Assembly: GCF_000315625.1 (NCBI RefSeq)
Contig: NW_005434597.1
Location: forward strand, 46,924-110,923
Source of the DNA: Guillardia theta CCMP2712
Taxonomy: Eukaryota; Protista; Cryptophyta
Reading direction: 5' to 3'
DNA length: 64,000 bases
Below are positions 23,421 through 37,912 of the stretch, one piece after another; the stretch's first letter is position 1, and every line of letters starts with the position of its first letter. The notes beneath the pieces are model-generated. The model did no database searches and was not told where the DNA came from. It saw nothing but the letters and a program-made list of their open reading frames with translations. A program made the translations under genes and the position numbers.

Positions 23421-24682
23421 GATTATCGTAGCGAACTCAACCAGGATCTCCTACTTGTTATCTGTGGATCTAGAGGGGGTGGTGGGTTGGATAGCAGATT
23501 GGAAAGGGAGTGGGGCAGACTGTGTTGGAGCACCGGGAGGAGTGAGGAGACGGGGAGATGGTTGACAGGGAAGCCGGGAGGGAGGGACTGAGGAATACTA
23601 TGATCTAGTAAATGAACTAAGACGAGGGATGAATGGTTAGTAGTGGTAGAATAACAAGTAGCTGGACATAGGAGATGCGTCCTGGTGAAACAAGGAGAAC
23701 GGGTGGGGAATGACTTGTAAGCAGCTCGTGCTTCTACTATGATTAAAAACAAGCCAATGATCTTCACTGCTAAAGAGATTCTCAGTGTGTATCTCGGGTA
23801 AGTGTCAAAATCACGCTACAATCAACAAGTTCTATCTTCCATCCATCATTGACTCTGAGTCTTGAACGTTGAAGTGATGAGTCCGTGGCATCAGTAGTAG
23901 GGGGCTTATGGGCACCGGAGACCTTAGACCTCAGGATTAGCTCCTGGTACAAATGTTCAGTGGAAACGTTTTGAATTCGAACATGCAATGCGAATGTCAG
24001 TGTACATGGTGAGGACTCCTATGATGAACGGGTTTCATGAGGTAAACTTGCAGAATGGCAATGAATGAATGAATCATTGGCTTCGCCTCGATGCATTATT
24101 GATCGACCAACACAAATGGATACCGAATTCTCCGGGGGGTACAGCAAGGCAAGCTTCCTATTCATCCTGGATTCGTAAAAGAACTGAGTCTGACGCCATC
24201 ACGACGGTTCTGAGTAGAAGCGAGTTGAGCTGAGGTGTGTGGACATCGTTGCACTGAAGTTGAGCAACAGATATTCAGTACATGTGATAGTTGTAATGTG
24301 CATCTTAACTTCGTTCCTGTGTTCATTGTAATTGGAACATGAGTAATGTAATCGGACCATGCAACATCTGGTGCGTATTATGCCCTTCTTCATCATGCTT
24401 GTACTTGCTTGTAACATCAGCTACAACAGCGTAAGCTAACGGCTCACACCTTGCAAGCGCTTGTTCTGCGCAAGCATTTCAGTTTCACTACTAATCCAAC
24501 ACTTCCAAAAATGAATTAAAAAGAGAATTTGTACCATGACCTTAACTTTTAGAGTTTTATTATTGAGTGATTTTAGATCGAAACTCGATTACTTTTTTCC
24601 TATATCACACAGCATCACAAGGTATCAGCTGCATGAGCGGGGATGAGGGCAGGCTAGTGGGGAGACTTCGGTACATTTGGGG

Positions 24683-26462
24683 ATGGCAGGGGAGGAAAGC
24701 GGAGGTGAAGGGGCATGGCTGCTAGGAGAGGAGAGGAGAACGCCAAGTGGAGCTCAGGAGTGGAAGGGAGGAAGGGAGGAGGAGGAGGCGGCGGCTGATG
24801 ACAGCATGGAAGGAAGTAAGGATGCCTGTCGAGGTGAGGGACGGCTTCTGAGTTCCCCCCAACCTGTGTCTTGTGTCTTGTGGTTGTGGCTAGCAGGCAG
24901 TGGAGTTGGCGCCATCGTGCTTGGGGCGAGCTTGGGCTTCTCGTCGCCGACCATGGCTGCAGTGTACAATGCGAGTCAAGGGGACGAAGGAAGAGGATGT
25001 GTTGATTGGCAAGGTCATGAAATATCAGAAAACGCAAAGATGCTCAACTGCGAGCTTGCGCTGTCAGACAGCATGTCGTCCTGGTTTGGCTCCCTTATCA
25101 ACATCGGAGCTCTTCTAGGAGCCATGGTGTCCTCCAGCCTGCTGGATCGCTTTGGCAAGAGGGCGGGGATGTTGCTGCTTCACAGTCTCTACGTCGTTGG
25201 GTGGGGTCTGTGTGCTGGGGCCCCTGGTCATGCAGCCACATCGTTGGCGAGAGCAGTGGATCGCGGGCAGGTTGTCATCATGCTGGTGCTCTCAAGGCTC
25301 TTCATCGGCATCGCCGTCGGCATCGCCTGCGCCTCCATTCCCAACTATCAAGTCGAACTTGCGCCTACGAATCTTCGAGGAGCGGTCGGGAGTCTCTTCC
25401 AGATCTCCGTCGTGCTGGGTCTCTTCTTCGTCTACCTCGCCGGCTGCTTCCTCGACTGGCGCTCCATGGCGGTCGCCCTGGTTGTACTCTCTGCTGGTGG
25501 CCTCCTCCTCCTCCTCTTCCTCCCCGAGACTCCCACCTGGCTAGCAAGGAAAGGCAGGTTGCGTGAAGCTCGCGCAGTGCTGGAACGAGCGAGGGGAGGG
25601 GGCGCTTACGATTTCGAGCTGAATGGACCACGAGAAGAGCAAGGAGTAGACGCCGGAGGAATCCTCAGCAAGAGATGCCGCAAGCCGCTGCTGATTGCCG
25701 TCGGGTTGATGTTTGTGCAGCAATGTGAGAACTTGTGTGTGGTGTGTGACTAGTCTGAGAGTTGGGGAGCAGGGAGCGGGATCAACGCGGTCATGTTCTT
25801 CTGCGGGAGCATCCTGCAGAGCGTGTTCTCGGACTCAGCGGAGGCAAACGAGTACTCCATCGGCATCCAAGCCCTCCAGGTCCTCGTTACACTCGTGGCT
25901 GCTCGCTTCATGGACTCGGTCGGTCGGAGGCCTCTGCTGCTGGTGGCAGCCCTTGGGCTGAGCTTGTCCTCGCTCTCACTCTCTCTTTTCTACCTCGTCG
26001 GCCAGCAGTGCGACTCTCAGGGCTGCTCGCAGGTCATCCCCAAGCCCGTCGCCGTCGCCTCCTTGTACGCTTACATCCTCTTCTTCTCCTGTGGCATGGG
26101 CGCCATCCCCTGGTTCATCCTGTGAGAGCGCGAGAGTCTGCCATTTCCTCAAGCCTGACGCATCTTGCAGCGGCGAGATCTCTCCTCCTCATGCACAAGC
26201 CAGCATCAGCGCCATCGCGACGTCAGTCAACTGGATCCTCTCCTTCTCCATCACCAAGTCGTTGGAGCCTCTGACTGAGCTGCTGGGCGGGGCTGGGGAG
26301 GGGCTGGGGAAGGTTTTTCTCTTCTACAGCTGCGTCTGCCTGCTGGGAGCCTGCTTCATCCACGCGTTCGTGCCGGAGACCAAGGGGAAGAGCTTCGAGG
26401 AGATTCAAGCGATGCTGCACGGAGAGAGCGCGGAGAAGCAAGATTTAAAAACAGCAGCATGA
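24683..26462 (+). CDS. MFS sugar porter (GLUT8/ERD6/Tret1-like)
   Basis: LLDRFGKR, ELAPTNLRGAVGS, LPETPTWL, QQ/WSGINAVMFF, MDSVGRRPLL, GMGAIPW, VPETKGKSFEEI; two introns (~25725-25771, ~26122-26170). Confidence 0.93.
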
Positions 26463-26656
26463 AAATTGAAAAATCACAGCACGAAAATCGGAAAAAAGCA
26501 TCATGAAAATTGAAAAGAGCAGCACGAAGATTGAAAAACTGCAGCATGCGGTGAGCGAGAGGATTTTCTTTCTCTTCCTCTCCCTCTCATGATTCCCGTC
26601 AAATTTTGCCTGTAAACAAGTTTCCCTTCCACCTTGTCTGCTAGCACGTAAAACTC

Positions 26657-27053
26657 TCAGCGGTAGTAGAGCAGGAACGTTCGGATCTGCGACCTCAGCG
26701 TCACTCCAGCTCTCCTCCAGCTGTCGCTGCGCACCTGAAGGGGGGCGAGTTTGATCTTCTTGTGCTCCCCGACGGGTTCGCCTCGGAACAAGTGAGACCT
26801 GCTGGCCTGACTCTCCTCGGGCCTCCACCGCCTCCTCCTCTTCTCCATCTCCGAGCGCAACTGCGAGGGACTTGAGCCAAAGAAGGTCGAGGAAGCTAGA
26901 AGAAGCGAAAGACGCAGAAGACAGAGGGACAGGAAGAGGAAAGAAGCAAACACAAAGAGAGCTTCATGACAAGGTCACCTGGTTCCCGCTCAGCGTCAAC
27001 TCGTCGACCTTGAACGGATGCGAAAGATGAGCAACCTAACGACCGTCAGCACT

Positions 27054-27109
<56 letters not shown>

Positions 27110-30100
27110 CCCTTCTCACTGCCTCTCATCATCCGAACCTGCATTTCTCTCGCTCTCTCTCCTTCTTTTTCCTTACCTTGAACAATCTCGCCAACGACAC
27201 AGTCGCTGGTTGTGAAAGAGTTCCATGCTCGCCAATACCAAACTTGTGCGCAACTCGGAGGAGGACTGTATACTCCCCGTGCGTGTTGAGTGGCTGCTTC
27301 TCGATGGTGAGGATGGCGATGTTGGGGGGAAGGGAGTGAAGACTGCCGGAGGAGCTGTTGCACATCCTTGAGCCCTGTCGGATGGCAGAGGCGAGCTGGT
27401 GGGCCTTGCGGGAAGACGCGAAGAGCACAGGCTCCAAGTAGATCTCATCTTGAACTCGTCGGTACCTGCAGGAAGCTCCTCAGATTGTCTCCCCTCCCAT
27501 CCCCCTTCCCCTCCTCCCCTTGAACCATCATCATCTCCAGCTTCTCGTGCTCGTCTCTCCCTCTCCTCTCTCCTCTCGTCCTACCCCTCTGCTGCCGTCT
27601 CAGGCGAGGCGACAGCGAGCACATGCTTCCCTCGCACGACCAGCCCCTTGCCGATCCTGTACGGCTCGTGATGCACGTTATGATCCTCATCCTCCCAGTC
27701 ATAGGGGGAGATAGACTGCGACAATAATCACGTTCAACCACAAGCACCTCCCGCTCCTCCTCCCGCTCCTCCTCTTCTTTCAGCACCCTCCTCCTCCTCC
27801 TCTTCTTTCAGCACCTGGGTTTCATTCAGGGGCTCCTGAACTCCTCGATTGTCATCGAAGAGCAGTCGACGATGGACCATCAACTCTAGCTGCCCGTCTA
27901 CCAGACTTGTTCCTCCTTGGGCCCGGTCCACCAAGACAGCTACCTTGAAGGTCAGCAGGACGACCAGCGGGAGAGTAGAAGGGATGGCGAGAGGAGGTCA
28001 AGAATGGGAGGGAGGGGGGGAAGGGGTTAGAACCTAGCGAGGCCCAGGGGTCTTGGATTGCAATCATCGTGTTGACTGGAAAGAAATTCCCCGCCACAGG
28101 TTGCGTGACGTTGTAGCTGGGGACAGACGGGCGACATTGGGAGTCCTGGGCGTAGAGGGAAGTAGAGCACCTCCTCCTCTCCAAGATGTCTCGCCCGTTG
28201 GAGTCAGTGAGGAAGGAGGACGAGGACGAGATGTTGGTCTGAAACCGAGATATCACCTACCTCTGGGTCAGAGCAACTCACCCCTCCCTCAACCCCGTTA
28301 CCTCCTTGCCTTGCAGGTCCTCCACAGGAATCGGCCCCACAGTCCATTCAACTTCCACCTCCTTGGAGAAGGAGAAGAGGCGGACGGTCTGGATCGCCCA
28401 CTCGCTGAAGGTCTGGTGCACCTCCACAGAGCCCTTTCCTTCCTTCACCTTGATCGTCGCCCTGCAGTCTCTGCTCACACATCGCGCGTCCTGCCCGTCG
28501 GCTGCGGTGTGGTTGGGCCGGAAGATGTATGCTCCAGAGCGCTGCACGTTCTCGCCTTGAGCCGACTCATACCAGAAGAAGTTCTGCGAGAGCTCGATGC
28601 TCACTTGCTGCTCCTTGTTGAGGAACGAGGACAAGAGGCCGGAGGTCATGTTGAAAGTGACCTTGACAAATTTGTTCTCTACCACCAGCTGCTCCTCCGC
28701 TTCCTCCGTCCAGACCGCCTTCTCGAAGCGTCTTGGTGCCTCCTGCTTCTTCCGAGACTGATTCGGCTGGATCAGAAAGGCCCGGAAGCACAGGGGTGGG
28801 AGGAGAGCAGGGAAGGAGAGGACGAGAGACGAGGCGATATCGGCATGTTGCAGCTCCTGTAGCGAACTAGCGAGAGGAGTAGGAGGAAGAACATCTGACG
28901 CAATGACTTCACCCGTCTCAATCGCTGACACCTCTAGAGCCGATGAGTCCACAGGGACCCGGACCTGAAGCTGACGCTCAGCTGAGAGCGGGTTATATAG
29001 GACAACCACGAAGGAATCTCCTGCCCCGGAGGCCGAGGAGGAAGGCTGGCAGACAGTCTCGTTGAGTAGATGGCAGACCGTTAGAGACTTGTCCTTAGGC
29101 AGCCCCAGCATAGTTGCCATCCCCTCCTCAGCCGCCAAGTCTGCCACCAGACATCCAGCGGCCATTCGAGTGGCATAGTCGTATGCCACGTGCTGCATCT
29201 CAGTGCCGGAGACGGCGTCGTGATGCTGCGTGAGAGAGACGGCTGCTGCAAGAGGATCGACGTCTTGCCTGTCCATCCCGTACCAGAAGCGATACCATGG
29301 CTTTGACTTCCCCGCTCGCTTCAGTTGGGAACGCACATGCTTGTTGACAGGCAGGTCGGCGAGCAGCTGGATTTGACGCACAGCTTGCAAGTAGCCAGCC
29401 ATCTTCCTCTCATACCGCTTCAAGGTTGGTCGGCTCGTGAAAAAGCCCGTCCAGTAGGAGTTGTCGTCGTTAGCGAGGGGCATGAAGTCGTCTCGCTTCA
29501 CCGGCCACGTCAGGTTCTCCCGATGCTTCGCTGCCGTGTAGGTCGCGGGCGTGGAGTAGAACACGTTGACTCGACCGTCTTTGTTGACATGGTGGATGAT
29601 CTTATCCAGATTCTTGTACCATCCGTCTGCATTCTCATATTGGAAATCGCTTCCCATCAAGAACATGATGTTCTGTGTAGGTGTTCCTGCCGACCGAGTG
29701 TTGTTAGCATAGCGCAGAGCAGTCTCAACAAACTTGTCGACGTAGAACTTCACGTTCTCATCCTCCATGCACTCGTCATCCATCACGGGAAATCCGCCAT
29801 TGCACTGGTTCTGGTCGAAGCAGAACCCTGGCGGAGGCCCATACCCTCCGTCTAGAAACGCTCCGGTGAAGACTTGGGCGTCAGCTCCCCAGCTCGGCGA
29901 GGCCTGCCAGATCATCTCCATCTCGCGTCGCTCCGTCCGCCGCTTCGCCTCCTGCCAGTCAATGCGCGCAAAGTAGAGCGCGTCGAATCCCATCTCTGCC
30001 GACAGCAGCGACGCTTGGGTAGCCGAGTGTCCGAAGGGGTCGATCTGCCAGCCTATGCTCGGCTTGTAGTCAAACTGATCTTTCAGGAACCTGTGCCCGA

Positions 30101-30566
30101 AGGCCGTGTTTTCGATCATGCTAACAAAGTGTGTGCATGCCTCGTCGTGCATCGACCAGCCGCCATTGATGAACTCGAGTTGCCCCTTGTCCACCAACCC
30201 CTTCACGATCTCTCGTTTTTCGTCGCTTTGCTCAGTCCACCAACGTTGGAAGAAGGCTTGTTCCACGTACGTGAACTTTCTGTCCGCATTGAGCATGATC
30301 TCATCCAGCACGGTATCGAGGATGTACTGAACCCCTGCGTGCTGGATGGAGTTGTTCGCGCCGTAATAGTACTGGTCGACAGTCTTGAGCCATCCCACGT
30401 CGTCGTGGCTGTGGCAGATGAGGTGGACGTTGAGCCTGCCCTCCGAGGGAGCTCCCTGCGTCACACAGCCTGGTCGGTGCCGCAAGCTCTGCTCCTTCCT
30501 CCCTCCTCCCATCGGCAGTCCCGACGCCATAGCCACCCATACCGCCACCACAAACCCTCTCAGCAT
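26657..30566 (-). CDS. Lysosomal-type alpha-mannosidase, GH38 (MAN2B1-like)
   Basis: Signal peptide; [69 protein letters not shown], terminal IRTFLLYYR*. Confidence 0.95.
27055..27108. repeat. (CCTGCT)n microsatellite in mannosidase intron
   Basis: Seen directly. Confidence 0.9.
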
Positions 30567-31033
30567 AGCAACCCAATCATCCCCCTCATTCCCAGCACTA
30601 ATTTAATCTCCTGAGGCGGGCTAGGAAACTCATCACCCTCGTTCACTCGAGGATTTTGCCGTTCGAAGTTTCAAACATACACGCCTATCACCCCACCCCC
30701 TCCAGTACCTACATACCACCCACCATTTTCTCTTAAGATACCCCACCTTGATTTTTGTCTTGCCCCTTCTAGACTACCTTCATTTTGAACCTACATAGAA
30801 GGGGTACTTGCATAACCCCACCCACCTCCATGAAAAGCCTCAACGGACTTCTCAGACCCCAGTTTCACCACCCTCTATGCACTGACAGGAGCGAGAAGGA
30901 GAGGAGAGGAGAGGAGACAGAAGACAAGGAGACGAAGAGAGGAAGAAGAAGAGAAGAAGAAGAGTTGAACGGCGTTGGACGAACTTGCATCACACGAAGT
31001 ATACCATCTCTGATCCTTCATTCATTCCTCAAC

Positions 31034-33128
31034 ATGGACGCATATGAAGTTTTGGAGAAGCTTGGCAGTGGATCCTTTGGGACCATTAGAAAGATCGTCA
31101 GGAAGTCAGACAAGAAGGTCCTGGTCTGGAAGGAGATCCGATACGGTAGAATGAACGAGAAGGAGAAAAGCATGTTGGTAAGCGAAGTGAACATCCTCCG
31201 CGAGCTCAAGCACCCCAACATCGTTCGCTACAAGGTTAGGTCGCTCTCTTGTTCTATTCCTGTTGATTCCGCCTTGTCAGGATCGCATCATCGATAGAGA
31301 GAGTTCAACCATCTACATCATCATGGAGTTTTGCGAGAACGGCGATCTTGCTTCGGTAGGCCCCGCGCTCCCCTTGCGGCCTGGTGTGACGAGCTTTCTG
31401 CCAGGTCATTCGCAAGTACAAAAGATGCGGCAAGCGGGTTGAGGAGTCAAGAATCTGGACCTTGTTCTTTCAGATCGCCTGTGCCCTGCACGAATGCCAT
31501 TGCCGCAAACAGAAGATCCTTCATCGCGACATCAAGCCTGCGAACGTGTTCATTGACAGGAACAACGGCTTCAAGCTCGGAGACTTCGGGCTCGCAAGGG
31601 TGTTGAGCACGGAGACGCAGCTCGCCAAGACCAACGTGGGAACGCCCTACTACATGGCGCCAGAGCAAGTGAACGAGCTGCCCTACAACGAGAAGTGCGA
31701 CATCTGGTCGTTGGGCTGCCTCCTGTACGAGATGGCTGCCCTCGCCCCTCCCTTCGAGGCTGCCAACCAGCTCGCGCTGGCTGTGAAGATCAAGGCTGGA
31801 AGGGTGTCACGGCTGCCCGAGCAGTACTCGGAGGAGCTGAACCAAGCTGTGCGATCGATGCTGCAGCTGGACAGCGCCAAGAGGCCAAGCATCGAAGATC
31901 TCTTCAAGCTCCCCAAAATGCAGGAGCAGGCCGAGATCGCTGTCCGCAACGCGTCGGCTGTGCCTGCCCAGTACGTTGACCGATACTTCTCGAGCCAGAT
32001 GCGGAGGCTGCAGGCGAAGGAGGAGGAGATCTCGTCGAGGGCTCAAGACCTCGTCAACAAGGAGAAGGAGTTGCGAGGAGCCAAGTATGTGGACAGCGAT
32101 GAGATCAAGAAGAGAGAAGAAGACCTCAAGAAGAAGGACGAGGAGCTCAAGAAGAAGGACAAGGAGCTTTCCGAGATGACTTCATCCTTCCAAGAGCGAA
32201 TCAGAAACTTGGAGGCGAGAGAGAAGGCGGTGAGTTGTGCTGACGTGGCATCAGCCTGGTGTGACGCCTGCCGTCAGATGCTGGCGAGGGAAGAAGCCCT
32301 AGCGAGTCGAGACAGGAGCCTCAGCGACAAGGAGAAGCGGGTGGAGAGAGCCAAGCTCGAGTATCAGTCGCTGTGAGTTGACTTGTCGCATGCTGTGACG
32401 AGGTTGTCACATGACGGCAGGATGAGCGACCTGAAGAAGAGGAGGAAGGCGCTGGACGAGCAGATGGCGCGGGACCAGGACAAGGAGGCTGAGCGAAGAG
32501 ACTCGGGCGACTTGGAGTACCCGGAAGCGAAGAACCTCTTCGATGCCAACAAGGTCTCCTCCTCCTCGCCTGCTCCTCTCCTCTCACTTTCCTTCAGCAC
32601 GATAACTCAGAATTTGCTCACTGGAAGCTCGAGCGGCGCCACAGCTGCAGTGACGTGGAGTCGCCGATCCGATCGAGCTCAGAGCCGAAACGACAGGAGG
32701 AGGCGCCGGGGGGCTGCAACCCGAACCCGCAGTTTGCAGGGAGAGTGCGGGAGCTGCGAAGAATGTGCATGAAGAGCTCAGAGGAACCGCGATCTCCCAC
32801 TCCTCATCCTCGTCAGGGCTACTTGTTCGAGAAGGAGGAGGAGGACGGGAAGAAGAAGGAGGAGGTGGGTAGGAAGATGACGGTCGACAGCAAGCGGCAG
32901 GCGATCTATGGAGCACTGTTCGGGAAAAGAGCTGGAGGAAAGGGCGAGCTGACGTCCAACGACAGCGACAGCGAGGAAGACTCGAGCATCGCTCCTGTGC
33001 GCCTCAACGGACGGTGAGCTGATGTTTGCCCTGGTCCGTTCCTGACGAGCTGTGACAGGCGCATGTTTGCGGCTCCTCTGTGCCAGGACATGGACTCGAG
33101 CATAGATTCACCGCTGACGTCTCGCTGA
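31034..33128 (+). CDS. NIMA-related kinase (NEK2-like) with C-terminal coiled coil
   Basis: LGSGSFG, VLVWKEI, EKEKSMLVSEVNILRELKHPNIVRY, HRDIKPAN, KLGDFGLAR, VGTPYYMAPE; E/K-rich coiled coil; multi-exon. Confidence 0.93.
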
Positions 33129-33188
33129 GCGAGGAGGCACCCAGAGGAGAAGGAGATGCGACTAATCAACTAATTAAACCAACTTCCC

Positions 33189-35267
33189 TCAGCTGTCTCC
33201 TCCCCTCCTCGTCATCTTGGCGACGAACAGACCGCTCGTCCCCGACGTCTCCTGGTCGAAGTACCAGGTGCCCTCGATGCCTCCTGGGCGGCAGGGGAGT
33301 GAGAGGTGCGACGGCATCTGCTCCATGCGGGCGTTGGGCTCGACCTGCAGGAACCAGGAGACGATCTGCTCGTTCTGTTTTTTGTCGAAGCTGCAGGTGC
33401 TGTAGATGAGGGAGCCGCCAACCCTGATAGACACTGAGATCAGAGCAGCGAGGAGGGGGGGAAGGGAGCGGTGGGCTGCGTTACTTGAGGTGTCGAAATC
33501 CGTTGACGAGCAGAGCTCGTTGAAGACTCTCGAGGGAGTCCAGACGTCCTTCTCTGTTCCAACGTCTCTCCATCGTCGACCAGCCCCACTTGTCTGTCAG
33601 CACCTCGCTCAGCTTGTCCCCACCCGAAATCTTCGCTACCAAACTTGGACATGTGACGTGAGGACGCGTCGTGCGTGCACTCAGCGTCGACGAGAACCTT
33701 GTCGAAGCCTCCATGACCCGCCTGCTATGCAGGAGGTGAGGGGCTCGAGCAGGGACAGAGTAGGGAGGAGAGAGGGAGAGAGGGAAGGAAGGTTAGGAAG
33801 GGGAGAGAGAGGGGGGGGAGATGAGAAGGAAGGANNNNNNNNNNNNNNNNNNNNNNNNNNNNNNNNNNNNNNNNNNNNNNNNNNNNNNNNNNNNNNNNNN
33901 NNNNNNNNNNNNNNNNNNNNNNNNNNNNNNNNNNAGGGCAGGGAGGGCAGGGAAGAAGGAGGGCAGCGAGGGGAGGGAGGGGAGGGAGGGCAGGGACTGT
34001 TTACCTGAGCCATTTCACCTGTAGTTTCTCCTTCCTCCCAGCTCCAGTGACTCACCTGCGGCGTCTCGAAGAAGTATCGGGCAGGAGCTTCCTCTCCTTC
34101 CTGTGGCAGCCCAGCAGCACGTGTGAGGCTACAGGAGGTGTCGGCGCCTCCTCGTAACCTTCGCGTCTTGCACAGGCACTTCCCTCGCGCTTCTCTTCCT
34201 CCTCTTCCCGATGCTTCGATCTGCCTCGGCGATTCTTCGCAGAAACCTTATTTTCTCCTCCTCGGCTGCCTCTTTGGAGCACATCCGGGGCCGCGGGGGC
34301 AGGAAGGAGGCCCCATCCTCGAGGTAGAGTCGGATATTCCTCTGCTCGTACCTGCCGCCCCTTGAGTTGTTGGTCAGCACACTAACGAGATCACTTGCGC
34401 AGGACGGTCTTGGTGGCTGCCAGCCTTGGCATCGACACGTCAACGCCTACCACGAAACCTGCTCTCGTCGCACTCGCATCCTCACTCGCCTCACTCCCAT
34501 GCGGTTCTTGCGCTGCAGCGGGTGAGGGAGGTCAACGTATGACTAGACACCTCACTCAGACTGGGCGGACAAACTCGGTCGGCTAGCATGCAGAGCTTCG
34601 CGCCTGGAGCGCCTGGAGGGCAGTGAGCAGAGGGACGCGAAAGAGATGGAGACGCCACAGCAGAGATCCAAGACGATTTCTCCCGCTCGAGGGTCGAGGA
34701 TGTGAACTAATGGCTTACTGTCATCCGTAGCAAATTGAAGTCGAGCAGCGAGAAATTGGAAGGATGAGAATGGGAAATGATAGGGGAAGGACGAGGACGG
34801 TCGCGTAGAAGCAAGAGAAGAGGAGATGGTGGGGGGGGAGACAGAAGGCGAAGGAGGCGGAGGAGGGAGGAACCTGCAGCTGCTGATGCCGCATCGATGC
34901 CGTAAACTTGCCCCTGCTTGTACGGCTCCCACGTGGAGAGTTTCATCGATGCTCTGGGGAGACCACCTCAAGGTCAGCACAGAGAAGAAGGAGAGTCAAC
35001 GTACGGGAGAGCAAAGACGCCAGGGAGCCAGTCGACGGGACGAGGAGACAGCGAGGTGCTGAGGGGTGCCTGGGAAGTGTTGGACGGACTAGATGAATGG
35101 ACAGAGAGGGAGGGGGAGGAGGATCTGTGGAGAGAGGCCTCAGGAGGAGGATGCAGTGCCAGGAGACATGCTAGAATGCTTGACGCTCCTGCTCCTCTCT
35201 CTCCTGCTCCTCTCTCTCCTGCTCCTCCTCTCCTCTCGTTCAGCCTCACGTATCGCAACCCCGACAT
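33189..35267 (-). CDS. NOL1/NOP2/Sun-family RNA m5C methyltransferase
   Basis: GEIVLDLCC/APGAK, GFDKVLVDAECTHD, RVGGSLIYSTCSF...NEQIV, TSGLFVAK; the gene spans an N gap. Confidence 0.85.
33835..33934. other. Assembly gap (other gaps: 43551-43650, 49676-49908, 51819-52041, 52697-53483, 56112-56210)
   Basis: N runs, mostly next to purine-rich or (CAT)n low-complexity introns. Confidence 1.
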
Positions 35268-35289
35268 TCGTGCCCCCACCTCTGGTGCC

Positions 35290-36110
35290 TCAGTGAGGCC
35301 CGGTGCCCGGCGCCGACTCGAACCGTTCGGAACCCGGCGTCACTGCGCCGTTGCCAACACTGAGTTCGGCCCCTTGAACCGTGCCACGGTGCTTCGGACC
35401 GTCCGATCACGGCACGGCATCACACTGCGGCAGATCGGAGACCGGGTGACCGTTGTGGCCACACGGCGGGCGCGGCCCGGCCAACTTGGCAAAGTCACAA
35501 ACCCGGCAAGCTTCCGTCCGTGGCAGGCTGAGTTCCGAGTTCCACTCCGAGCTCGGACGGTACCACGCCGGGTGACATCATCCGAAGAGAAGAGTCGGAC
35601 CTTAGACGGTCACTCCGACTGAGCACGGCGGCCGGCTGAGCACGGCGGCCCCCGCGAGTCACTGCAGCCAGTCACGCGGCGCCGGGGCACTAGCCCGGCT
35701 GCCGGGCGGCCGCGGGCCGTGTATTATAGTATCATTATAGTACCGTCAGTGCGGAACGGTACCGTACGGGACGGTCAGCCGCCCGGGCGCGGCCCGGCCG
35801 CTGTCCCGGCGGCCGGGCCGCGGTGGCACGTTCCCCGGCGGGTAACGGTGGCGGGGCGGCGGCCCGGGCCGGGCCAGCGGCCCCGGGCCGGCCGGCCGGT
35901 CGGCCCGGGGCCGCGCCCGACGCTGACTCGGAGCCTTCAACGCCCGCCGGGGAGTTACTCAGGCCGGGCCGCAACTTAGGCGGCGGCTTGTAGTCGTGAC
36001 TCAGTGACGGTACTAGTGTCGGCGCGTCATCGCCCACATTTACCGGCGGGCGGGCGGCGTGAACTCCCAAGGAGCCTGGCAGGATCGGATGAGTCACAGA
36101 TGGGTCGCAA
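35290..36110. other. GC-rich palindrome-dense island 2
   Basis: CCGGCCGG, GGGCCC, GTACCGTAC and ACTGAG words; followed by a C-rich TACCCC tract at 36130-36650. Confidence 0.6.
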
Positions 36111-37166
36111 GACTTTAGTTGACAAGTTTTGTCAGCCCCCACCCCCCCCCTACCCCGCGATCAGGTGATTCTTTCAGTGATGGTCATAGTCGCTTTCGAC
36201 CTAGGCGGGTGCTAGTGGGAGTATCCTCCTCTCCCCTTCTCTTCTTCTCCTTCTCCTTATACCCCATCAGGTCACGTGACCCCACACAAATCAGATCCGG
36301 AGCTTTGGGCCTCCGACAGCCGTTACAAAGTATAAACGGTGCCGTAACTGTTGCAACGCCCACAAAGATGTCGGTACTCGCATCGCTTCAAATTCTATTG
36401 GAACCCCCACCCACCCTTTTCGATTATTTTGGACCCGTCAGTTTCCTCTCTTTCCCCACCCCCACCCCATCCCTCCCATCTGCTGAAGGGACACCGATGG
36501 GTCACAGCATTCACCACCCACCCAGAGATTTGGACTTCAAACCACCCCTCCAACCCCTGGCGTGATTGCACTACCCTACCAAACGAGGGATACATAACCC
36601 ACCCAGTGATACAGTTCGACCCCCACCCAACTTCCATGTGACATACCCACCATAGGAAAAGTGAAACCTTTGCAGGCAACTGTACGGGTCTAAAAAAAAG
36701 GACTTGTAATTTCAGGGGTAGGGGTGGTACTCCTCATGGGGGTGGTGCTTCCTGCAGAGTATTGGGGGTGAGGGTGCTCGATACTCGTAAGAAGAGGAGG
36801 GCCAACCCCTGCAACTGTCGGAGAAGGGGGGGGCATGATTTTGTCACCTCACTGAAATATCACATGAAAATATGGTTCATTGTCAAACATATAACAAATA
36901 GTTTCAAATTTATATTCTAAATTATACATTCTGAGCACCCGTGCCGAAACGTTTTTGTCCGCACTCTACTACCCCCTTCGTCTATACAGCACCACCCCTT
37001 GGTAGCCATGTTTTGTATCCCATTACCCTTCTTTTGTACCAGTTTTACACCCCACCCATGACCTACCCCGGTACCCCTACCCCGTTGTGCCCCCCCTTCC
37101 TTGTATTCCATCACCTTGCGTGTCTCGGCCCCCATGCTGGCTCAAAGAGCAGAGGAGGGCGTGGAA

Positions 37167-37387
37167 GGGAGAGGCAGAGGGAGAGGGAGAGGCAGAGGCA
37201 GAGGCAGAGGCAGAGGCAGAGGCAGAGGCAGAGGCAGAAGGAGAGGCAGAAGCAGAGGCAGAGGCAGAAGCAGAGGCAGAGGCAGAGGCAGAGGCAGAGG
37301 CAGAGGCAGAAGGAGAGGCAGAAGCAGGGGCAGAGGCAGAAGCAGGCAGAGGCAGAGGGCGAAGGAGAGGCAGAGGCAGAGGCAGAG
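37167..37387. repeat. (GAGGCA)n hexamer microsatellite
   Basis: Seen directly; a related repeat in reverse orientation lies at 56445-56543. Confidence 0.95.
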
Positions 37388-37912
37388 GTTGAAGTTGAGG
37401 TTGAGGAGGCTCCTCGTGCCTGCAGGCAGCTGTTTGCACAGAGGAGGCTTTTCTTCTCTGCAGGAAGCCGTTTCCCTCACACTCTTCATTGTTATGCTCG
37501 TGGTTGAGGGAGAAACCCTTGCTCATGAGCTACCTAGCCCAGTTGCTCGAAACAGGATCATAATCTGCAAAAAAGGTTTTTTAGGTTGGAAAGTTTGTAG
37601 GTCAAAAGCTCAATTCACATGGTTGACTGCGAGTTTAGGTCTTGAGATGTGGTAAGGCAAGGAGTCACAGACAACAGCTAGGCCATGAGCGTAACAGCTC
37701 AGATGTGTTGGGAGAGACGTCACAATTGTAGCATTACATCCTAGCAAGAATCTATGAGATTGGAAAGTTAGCTGCAGCCGTGATTGAGGCATGTGTGCTT
37801 GCTTGAAGTTGAATCCTTTTGTTGGTGTCTCCTTGTTGATGCGAAGTTTTCAGGTCAGCTGTTCGTCAGTGATCCAGCTTGCGTCTAGTCCTCGGGGTAG
37901 AGGAGGACGAAG

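Noticed and set aside
23423-23988. Possible decayed LINE endonuclease remnant (LDH...NHLPV) on the minus strand
   Set aside because: The motif is too weak and there is no supporting RT sequence.
37077-37655. RG-, EA- and QR-repeat ORFs
   Set aside because: Products of the (GAGGCA)n microsatellite.
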